NCBI GenBank assembly: GCA_964016885.1
Contig: OZ024743.1
Location: forward strand, 282,844,001-282,908,000
Source: Eledone cirrhosa
Taxonomy: Eukaryota
Direction of reading: 5' to 3'
DNA: 64,000 nucleotides
The notes beneath the pieces were generated by a model. It had not been told where the DNA came from, made no database searches, and was given only the letters and a program-made list of their open reading frames with translations. The position numbers and the translations under genes were made by a program. Below are positions 1-9,400 of this stretch, one piece after another (the first letter of the stretch is position 1; the number at the start of each line of letters is the position of its first letter).

Positions 1-265
1 TGAAGAGATTTCTTTGGGTTTCTAAACCACGTTTCATGGACTCATATTTCTCAGAGCGTAACTTTCCAGAAAACTTTGAATATGTTGATAGATGTTTTGT
101 TTCATAGTGACGCCGAAGATTGTACTCTTTCAAAATAGCAACACTTTCGCTGCATGCCACGCAACTAGCTTTCTGGTCCTTTGTTTCCACAAAGAAGTAC
201 TTTACTCCCCATTCTTCATTGAAAACGCGACACTCGGCGTACACTTTTCTTTTCTTAGTAGCCAT
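1..265 (-). mobile_element. hAT-family (SPIN/Buster/GTF2IRD2-like) transposase, N-terminal part; ORF runs off the left edge
   Basis: Manual translation from ATG at 265: MATKKRKVYAECRVFNEEWGVKYFFVETKDQKASCVACSESVAILKEYNLRRHYETKH... It shows the KRK..ECRVF.EEW..KYFF motif and a CxxC...HxxxxH zinc finger typical of this hAT group. GC-rich gggcctgat repeats at ~365-400 resemble hAT subterminal motifs. Absent from the ORF track because there is no stop in the window. Confidence 0.85.
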
Positions 266-1094
266 AATAAAAGGTGAAGTAAACGGGATCTGAAAATGAA
301 AAAGACATTGAATTAGAAACATCTCGTGTTCCATCCGTTTTATCACGCAAATGCAAGTACCGTCGGTGGGCCTGATGAACTGACGTCGCGGGCCTGATCA
401 TTGCAATATTCCATTTTTTTAATCAACTATTAATATATAACTTCTTGAAACCCTCTCTCTGTTTCTCTCACTCTCTCAGTTACTTACAATATAATATCTG
501 GCTACCTATGGTGTGCGTATTACTATATCTTACTAAACAAATTTAAACTTCAATTTTAATTAAAATCTTTGCAGATCTCTTTAAAGAGCTGTGGAGTGAA
601 GACATCAGTTAAGCAAAACCTTATCATCATCATCAATATATATTTTATTGTTGTGCATTAATCTGGTGACCTATGCCGTAGCCCACCCTCCCACTCCCTT
701 TCCGTCACTTTCCCTCTCACCCCCTTTTTTCCATAATCTGACTTCTTCCTACCACCTCCCGACTACTTTTTGCCACTTTCCATCACCTTCCAGTATGGCA
801 TTCTGCCATAGAAGCTATTAACCACTTCTATGGATCCTTCAGGTGATTGCAAAAGATTTATGTTATTGATGCTCATCTCGTTGATTATACCTGTGCATCG
901 TGTACATCATATAGAGTTTATGCTTACTCCTTTTCTACATATTGAGTAGGGCTACTCCTCTGGGTGAATCAGGGTCCTATCTTCTTTCCTACTTATTTGC
1001 ACTTTAGTTTTGGTCAAGTTTACTCTCAGCCTTTTTGATTCCAAATTCTGTTTCCAAAGTCAGAATTTATTCTCTAGTTCTTTTATGGATTCAA

Positions 1095-2700
1095 CTAAAA
1101 GAACTAGATCATCTGCATAGAGAAGTTCCAATGGACAGCTAGTCTTAAACTCCCCTGTTGCAGGGTGAAAACCACACCTTTCATCAGCTAGCTTGTATTT
1201 GATGATATCTCTATATTTCTTTGCTAGACACTTAGCGTAGACTTTACCAGGGAGACTTCACAAGATCCTTCTATAACTAGAGCAAATTTTCTTGTCTCTC
1301 TTTTTGAAAATTGGGATTATCACTCCTGATTACCATTGCCTTTTCAGAGATCCAGGTCACCTTGCACACATGAGTCAGCCAGAGAATACCTTCTCTATTT
1401 AACCCTTTAGCATTTACATTACTCTATATTTACTAATATATTTTCAAGGTAAAGGCTTTACATCTTATAATTATCTCACATAATATTGAATCTATGAGAT
1501 TTTAATATTATTTATTTTGAGAATAATACCTTAACATCAGTATGAGAGGCCAGTTACAGCCAGTTTGAGCAGAAAGAGGTGAGACAATTCTGGCCAGATA
1601 TGGCCAGTTTAAATGCTAAAGAGTTAAGGCTTTTAACATCTTGGGCTGAATTTTATCTTCCCCAGAAACCTTGCCACATTTGTGCTCTTTATTTGCTCAG
1701 ATGACTTCAGCCTCTAAGAGGTTAGTCTTTGCTCCCAGATGCACCTTATGTACATCAGAAGATGCTGTTGTTATCGGGTTTAGGAGATCAGTAAAGTATT
1801 CTTTCCAGCTCACGAGGAATGCTAGACGTGTTCTTGATAGCAAATGTGGAGGAGGGCGTCTTATTATGAATCAACAGATGGTCCGCCAGAACACTTTATT
1901 TATTTATCTGAAGTCGGATTCCAGCTTAACGCCAAAGTCCTCCCATGTCTTAACTTTGGATGCTTTTACTGTCTCTGCTGTGATTCTTCATGCCTGCTTG
2001 TACTGAATGTGCAAGAAGAAAGACTTATTCCAAGCTAAGCTTTGTAACCCTCCTTCTTTGCTCGGATGCCATCTTTGACCTCTTAATTGAACCAAGGGGT
2101 CTTCTTGCCATCTGGCGCCACACCAAGCCTCTTTCGCCCTTAGCATTTAACACCTGAAGCAGAAACTGCTGCACTTAACAATCTCCACACTGTCTCAACG
2201 TCCTGAGTTTGCTCAGGGAGTTCTCTGAATTTGAATGCAATAGTATCTGCAAACCTTGTCCTGACTTCCTTATCCACCAATGCTTCCCACTTTATTCTGT
2301 AGGTTGCCCTGGACATGCCAGTTTTGTGGGCTTCCTTAGCTTTAGTTAGTCTCAAGCTGCAGATGACTAGCTGGTGATCAATTGACAGCTCAGCCCCTCT
2401 CTTAACACGAACATACAGCACAGAATCAAAGAGATCCAAGACAGTAATGAAATCAATTATTGATCTCCATCTCTAATTCCCCTTATACCATGTATATTTA
2501 TCGATCTATCTGTGCTGGAAAAGGTGTTCATAATAGAGAGTCCATTGCCAGAACAGAAGTCTAGAAAGCTCTCTCCATTCATATTTAGATCGGAGTTGTC
2601 ATTTCTTCCAATCACTCCTTTCCATGTCATGTCGTCAGTGCCAATATGTGCATTGAAGTCTCCCATCAAGATATATGATTCAGTCTTAATTACATCTAAC
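1095..2700 (-). mobile_element. Degenerate RTE-type LINE fragments (APE endonuclease and RT N-terminus), interrupted by a MITE
   Basis: ILMGDFNAHIG and VRVKRGAELSIDHQLV (APE; ORFs 2457-2762 and 2140-2439). IIPIFKK..K.CS.YR..SLPGKVYAK at ~1210-1330 and CPLELLYADDL at ~1100-1145. Frameshifts and stops present; homologous to 12220-13030. Confidence 0.8.
1403..1623. mobile_element. piggyBac-type MITE, family A
   Basis: TTAA at 1399-1402 and 1624-1627; TIR CCCTTTAGCATTTA / TAAATGCTAAAGAG. The homologous LINE at ~12535-12550 shows the empty site (ctatTTAAggctttt). Confidence 0.85.
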
Positions 2701-3432
2701 ACTCTAGGCAGAGCTGTTCTGCTTGAGAATGTGCCGCAGGTGGTGGATAGCGATATGGCCACCAGATACGATGGCTAGTTGCAATATAAGTGGGCAACTG
2801 CCGGACGAATAAGCAACCCCGGATCAACAGCGGTAAACTACTAGGGGAGATGGAGAAATGGGTGACGTAAACAATGGGGAAAACAAACAAGAACCATACC
2901 GCATCGTCCTTCGTGTGTTGTAACAAGGGACACGTTCAGGCCTTAGGTAGAAGGGCCTGTTTGAAAAATAGGCGCTACAACGCTATTAGCTGTCAGTCCA
3001 AGCAGCCGATGGAAACAGGCGAAGGTGACGTCACTCGTCAAACATCGTTTCTTTCCGTTCTTTCCGTATTACTACCACGCGTAAGTGGAGTTTTAACGCG
3101 TTTTTTTGGAGAGAGAGAGAGGGGGGGAGGGAGGGAAGACTTAAAAGGGCCAAATTAGAAAACAAATAGAGGAGAGAGAGGGAAGACTTAAAAGGGCCAA
3201 ATTAGAAAACAAATAGAAAACAAGTCATGGTTATAAAGCATATCGATGTAAGTGGAGTTACTTAAATGAAAATATAGGTAGCCCTTAAAAGGGCCAAATT
3301 AGAAAAGAAATTTTTTTTAATTAGAAAACAAGTCATGGTTATCAAATAAATTTGATTTATTCATTTATATTTTCATTATTCACCAACCTTATTCAAAAGC
3401 ATGTTTAGAAACATTTTTTTCACCAACCTTAT

Positions 3433-4341
3433 TCAAATGCATGGAATCAGATGACGGATATGTTCTAATAACTTTTGGAAAATTTCTCCTTTAAATTCAT
3501 ACCGCCACATGAATTCAATGAGGTGGGTTTGAAGCAAAATTTTGGCTGTCCCGTTTTCCCTGTTATTCCTATTTTTTACGTGTTTCCACAAGCATTCTAT
3601 GTGATTCGTTGTGGCAAATGTTACTGGATCAACAAAATTGATCGAATGGTTCACCGTCAAATATCGATAACCTAGCTGATCGATCGTATTATAGGAACGC
3701 CATAGATCAGATATTATGGTTGTCCCTGGCAATATACGATCCTGTATAATGGTTAAAAGTGTCTCCGCTGTCCTGTCTTCTACTGCTACTAAAATACATC
3801 TTCTGGTACCTCTTTCCAAGGCACCAAAAACCCATTGTGTTTTCACAGAATGGCCACGATTGTATTTCCTTCTCACGAAGGCGCTTTCATCAATCTCGAC
3901 AATTCGGTTTGGCCCGCCAAGCTTAATGTTTTGTGCGACATAGTACTCTGCACAAACATCACGGCAAAAATTTCGCCAATCTGCTACGGCCACATTAGCG
4001 ATACGACATTCCTCTGAAATCTTCTTGGCTAAATCTTCTTTTGCCCCAAAATATAATATATCAACTATCTGTTCACACTTCAAATTGCTATTTTCTAAAA
4101 ATGTGCCTTTTCTAATAGAAACCTGTTTTCTACAAGGTCTTTTACATGACCAGATAATCCCATCTGACACATTTTGTTTCGCTACTTCAAACATATGTTA
4201 ACCACATGAAGGGCAGACCTTTTGTGTATTTAGAAGTCCGTGAATTTTCAACCAATTGACGGTATCTGCTGTAGTAGCGGTAGCGATGGAAAGATCGCGA
4301 TGGTTAATTCCCTTAACACTTGGATATATTATAGAACTCAT
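3433..4341 (-). pseudogene. Merlin (ISXO2-like DDE) transposase, full-length frame with one premature stop
   Basis: Frame extends upstream of ORF 3433-4194 through TAA at 4198-4200 to ATG 4341 (MSSIIYP...WLKIHGLLNTQKVCPSCG*HM...DGIIWSCKRPC.K.VSIRKGTF). Catalytic motifs VEIDES, IISDLW and TNHIEC are intact. Confidence 0.88.
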
Positions 4342-4730
4342 TTTTCAACTTGCAGATGCGTGTATTATCACAAAGTGAAGATTAAAGTTTATTTATTTAC
4401 ACGTGGTGTTGGTGATGATTGTTGCTGATTGGTGGGGATTGTCTCCATGGAGACTGTCGCTTGTCTCCATGGGCACTGTATCCATGCTTTTGAATAAGGT
4501 TGGTGAAAATAATTTGTTTTCTAAACATTTCTTCATAAATATATAGGGTTGGTGACAAAAATTTGATAACCATAATTTGGCCCTTTTAAGGGCCACCTAT
4601 ATTTTCATTTAAGTTAACTCCACTGTTGGTGAAAATGACTTGTTTTTTATATTGATAACCTTTAACTGAAAATATGTGACGTCATTCGTCAACCTTCCCC
4701 TACTTTCACTTCTGACAGCTAATACAGTTC

Positions 4731-5342
4731 ATGGTATTAGCTGATTTAGCCAAGAAGATTTCAGAGGAATGTCGTATCGCTAATGTGGCCGTAGCAGATT
4801 GGCGAAATTTTTGCCGTGATGTTTGTGCAGAGTACTATGTCGCACAAAACATTAAGCTTGGCGGGCCAAACCGAATTGTCGAGATTGATGAAAGCGCCTT
4901 CGTGAGAAGGAAATACAATCGTGGCCATTCTGTGAAAACAATGGGTTTTTGGTGCCTTGGAAAGAGGTACCAGAAGATGTATTTAATAGCAGTAGAAGAC
5001 AGGACAGCAGAGACACTTTTAACCATTATACAGGATCGTATATTGCCAGGGACAACCATAATATCTGATCTATGGCGTTCCTATAATACGATCGATCATC
5101 TAGGTTATCGATATTTGACGGTGAACCATTCGATCAATTTTGTTGATCCAGTAACATTTGCCACAACGAATCACATAGAATGCTTGTGGAAACACGTAAA
5201 AAATAGGAATAAAAGGGAAAACGGGACAGCCAAAATTTTGCTTCAAACCCACCTCATTGAATTCATGTGGCGGTATGAATTTAAAGGAGAAATTTTCCAA
5301 AAGTTATTAGAACATATCCGTCATCTGATTCCATGCATTTGA
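4731..5342 (+). pseudogene. Inverted, 5'-truncated duplicate of the Merlin transposase (catalytic domain only)
   Basis: From 4743 it is the reverse complement of 3433-4035. Two small deletions (-2, -1) scramble ~15 codons (MGFWCLGKRYQKMYLI vs QWVFGALERGTRRCILV) and then restore frame. The ATG at 4731 comes from junction sequence. Confidence 0.85.
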
Positions 5343-6372
5343 ATAAGGTTGGTGAAAAAAATGTTTCTAAACATGCTTTTGAATAAGGTTGGTGAATAAT
5401 GAAAATATAAATGAATAAATCAAATTTATTTGATAACCATGACTTGTTTTCTTATTAAAAATAATTTGATTATAAAACTTAAATTTAAAACTTAAATTAA
5501 TAAATCAAATTTATTTGATAACCATGACTTGTTTTCTAATTAACTTTTTGGCCCTTTTAAGGGCCACCTATATTTTCATTTAAGTAACTCCACTTACATC
5601 GATATGCTTTATAACCATGACTTGTTTTCTATTTGTTTTCTAATTTGGCCCTTTTAAGTCTTCCCCCCCCCCCCCCAAAAAAAAACCGCGTTAAAACTCC
5701 ACTTACGCGTGGTAGTAATACGGAAAGAAACGATGTTTGACGAGTGACGTCACCTTCGCCTGTTTCCATCGGCTGCTTGGACTGACAGCTAATAGCGTTG
5801 TAGTGCCGAAAAATATATTGAAGTCTCCATTTCATGCTGCAAAAACTGGCGATGGACCTGTGACCTGTCCTGGGATAGACGCACAAAGATTGCATATCCC
5901 GAGACCCCAAAGAGGGTCCGGAAGGGGGAAAACCTCGACAGTTGGAATCTTTATAAAAATTTACCGAAAAAATTTCTCTCTGGTAGAATTTATTAAAGTC
6001 TAAGATATTACAAGTTGCTACTCAGAGTTTTACGTCATTTGTGATTAGCAACAACCCGTAACTCAATAGCAACGCACACACATATATTTGTGTGTGTGTT
6101 TTAAGCATCAAGTCTTAATTGAAAATTTCCTATAAAAAAAAATGAAAACCATGGTATTCCATTCAGGAAGTGGAATTCACGTGGCTAATAGGAAGTATAC
6201 AAGATATTTCAAGGGGACGTAACTCCTCAAACAGTATGAAGCTTTTTGTTTTCATTTCTCTTTTCGAATTTGCACACGTTTTTTAAAAACATTAACGTGG
6301 TCCCATTTCGATTAATATACCCCCAAAATTTTAACTTTAGCAGTTTCTTCTGCTATTTACCAAACCACAACG

Positions 6373-6471
6373 ATGTCTTTAACGAGATATAGCACCCGTT
6401 CGTCACTTGCTGGAACAATTTTATTACGGATGAAACATGACGAAATGCACCGTAACAGTAATCATTCCTAT
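6373..6471 (+). CDS. METTL9: METTL9 exon 1
   Basis: MSLTRYSTRSSLAGTILLRMKHDEMHRNSNHSY followed by GTACGT; phase 0 joins WY of exon 2; RS.LA resembles the METTL9 RSPL motif. Confidence 0.75.
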
Positions 6472-9400
6472 GTACGTGATACAAATCACTTGTATTCTGT
6501 TTCTTCAGTTGTCTCCTAATTCTGTCCTAACGCTTCTTTTATTAATATCACTGATAACATAATACACTAACACACATACACACAGAGTATATATATATAT
6601 ATATATTATTTTTCTTATGACAGGCTGAATGAGTTGGGGTCCAGAACCGAACGAAACTTAAGTACCTGTTTATGTCACTGTTGTAATTACATATCTATAT
6701 ACATATATTTGTGTGAGGTAGCAGTGACATGGTTACAGCTTAAACACTTTTAGCGAAACTTCTGTATATTTATTATGCATAAACATATAGGCCTCTAATA
6801 TAATAAAAAAAAACACAAGATAAACACCAGTTTTAAACTGATAAACAAAGGGCCCACTGACGTGATTTGAACCACTAGCTTGTGGGTCTGTTACAGACTT
6901 TCTGTCTCACTGTTTATTTTAATAATTTATAATATTTATATTATCGTAGTCGTTAATTTGTTGATGTGTATACAACAGACACTTCTTATGTTAATACGTA
7001 TGTTTAGCCTCAGTTTAACCCTGTTCAACCTGGTCAATGATCAAAGGCATTTCAACTGTGACTATTTACTTTTTTTGTATATCAGGTTTGTATGTAGGGA
7101 TCTCAAAAGACAAAGCGGGCTAAAAATGAGACGAGGTGGGTGGTGGTGCTTATAATGCTAATCTGGTATTTATTTTTCATCAACATTGAATACACATGAT
7201 AGTAAATAGGAAATATGAATTAGTACAAAATGCTGGGGGACAAATTTTGTTTCAAATGTTCCTTAATTCAGTTTTTACTTTTGGTAAATTCCTTTTTTTT
7301 TTCGTTTTTACTTTTGTTTGTTCCATTTTATAGTAAATTACAATATATTATACCAAGTTATAAGGAAAATATTAAGTCATGAAAATTATTCTGCTGCACC
7401 ACATCGAAAAATAGTTTGCAGGTCTCATGTTTGAGACTCTGCTGTAATATTCTTATTTGATTAAGACAGGTGTGGGTAATTTGGTTGTTGCTTCAAGCAG
7501 GCCAAGCGACTACGTAGAGGCATCTCTGTTGGTTCAGTATGTTTTAGCCAACGTGTAAGATAATACTTATGAATGTTAATTTTCCATATTTCTTTGGATT
7601 AATGATTGTTTTTACATTTGGCATAAGGCCAGAATTTGAAGGAAAGTGGAAAAAAGTATTGTTTTCCTTGATATATTATGTATATATATATATCTGAAGC
7701 TCACGGAGGAGGTGACGAACGACCGTGACAAGTGGAGAGATACTGTGCTGAATAGGACTCGTCCCACCCTTGCAAGCAAGGAAAAAAGGACGTAAAATGA
7801 TGATGATAAGGATATGGTATGGTCCCATAACTCCTGATTTAGTCATAGGGATGTTGTATTGACATACAGGGTTTCTTTGGCATTTTAAGCCTGGTGGAGC
7901 TCATCTTTCCAGGTATATATATATATATAATACAGAAGACCCAACTTCGCATAGGTTCAGGCCGAAGCATATATACAGTATGCCCCACCGACCCTCCGAT
8001 ACATTTCCCAGGCTGAAGTATACATCCAGTGAAACCCCCAGTCCACACTTAATTCACTGTTCGTGTAGGTGTCACAAAAAACACTCAGTCCACACTGTAA
8101 AATGGCCGCGTAGGTGTCATGACAAAAAGCACCTAGTACTCACTGTAAATGAGGTTGGCGTTAGGAAGGGCATCCAGCTGTAGAAGCCAAGCCCAAATCA
8201 GTTCTGTATGAGTAAGACATGATCCCCTGACCTAGCATTGCCCACAACAGGACAACTTGTCTAACCCATGTTAGCATTGAAAAATGGAAGTAAAATGGTG
8301 ATATAATATATATCTGTATGGAATTATTTATTAACATGCATTCAGCTTTCTCAGAAAATATTTAAAATATTTAGGACAATATTGTCAGTGAAAATTTTAG
8401 TTTATTGACCTAATGAGTTAAGTGTTAGTCATCCTAGGAATTTACTTCAAATAACTTGAGACAACTTATAATTTTTGTTTGGCTGATGGATTCTCAGAAT
8501 TGTTAGACTTGAACAAAATGTTTTGTGGCAGTTTTTTTGGACCTTTACAATCCTGTCGAAGTAAACTTTACCTTTCATTCTTCCAGAGTTGACAAAATAA
8601 ATTCCTAGGCTCAATATCATTAACTTTACCTTCTCGCCAAATTGCTGACTTTGTGCCTAAATCAGAAATCATTACTATTGTTGTTGTTTTATTTGTTTGG
8701 TCTAGAAGATGGGGCTGTACCCATGGATTTTGTAGATTGATGCTGTTAAATTCCAGAGGTCCGAAGTTTTGGGAAATATCTGAGCACAGTAGGCCTGGGG
8801 AGTTGCACACAATATGGTAGATAAGAGGAAGAGACGAGTAGATTGAGTGCCTGAGTGGAGGTGGCATAAAACCAGTCAGTTATGAGGCCATTGTAGCAGT
8901 GGTTGAAAAAGCAGAGAGGAGTCAGCAAATCTCTTGTCCAGTGGCTGGAGTGTTTCAGAGTAGTTAAGTGGCCTTTCCATAAATTTGCTCTTGGATGTTT
9001 GTGCATATAGCAGCAGCACTGTCCAAGATATACAAGCAATATTCCCTTGTTGGTCTCACTTCAGCTTTATGAAAGTTAATGCTGATGGTTTTGAAAGAGG
9101 GAGAGAGATTTGAGGAATTGGGGAATGTTAATGACTGTCTCCATCTCCTTTGAGATAATGGAAGTGAGTGAGATAGGATAATAATTGGCAGGAACACTGG
9201 GGTTGCATTTCAAGAGAAGGGAGCACACTGTAGTATGCCTCCAAAGATCAGGATATATTCCTGTCAAGAAAGAGAGAGAGAAATTGAAGAGTTTAATGTG
9301 TATGGGGCTAGTTCTAAGATGCATTATTTGAGGATAATGGTCAGTACATTACCAGGGTTAGTGATCTTGTTGGTTTGAATCACCCAGAGATACTTTCAAA

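Larger units (their letters stand above)
2971..5807. mobile_element. Merlin/IS1016-superfamily DNA transposon, palindromic (two ~1.07-kb inverted arms), 8-bp TSD
   Basis: Ends GGCGCTACAACGCTATTAGCTGTC...GACAGCTAATAGCGTTGTAGTGCC. TSD GAAAAATA at 2963-2970 and 5808-5815. Empty site visible in the related repeat at ~10921 (gtttgaaaaatatattg). Arms 2971-4035 and 4743-5807. Confidence 0.92.

Noticed and set aside
2710-2830. HDV-like ribozyme in the putative LINE 5' region
   Set aside because: Only local hairpins and a CGAAU motif; could not build P1/P1.1/P2/P3 by eye.
3130-3432. CRISPR-like repeats
   Set aside because: Irregular spacing, no unique spacers, no cas genes, eukaryotic context; these are transposon subterminal repeats.
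3433-5342. Bacterial IS1595/ISXO2 contamination or chimeric contig
   Set aside because: The element has a TSD inside a host repeat with a visible empty site, and its N-terminus (WL..GLL..CP.CG..M..DG..W.C) is of the eukaryotic Merlin type.
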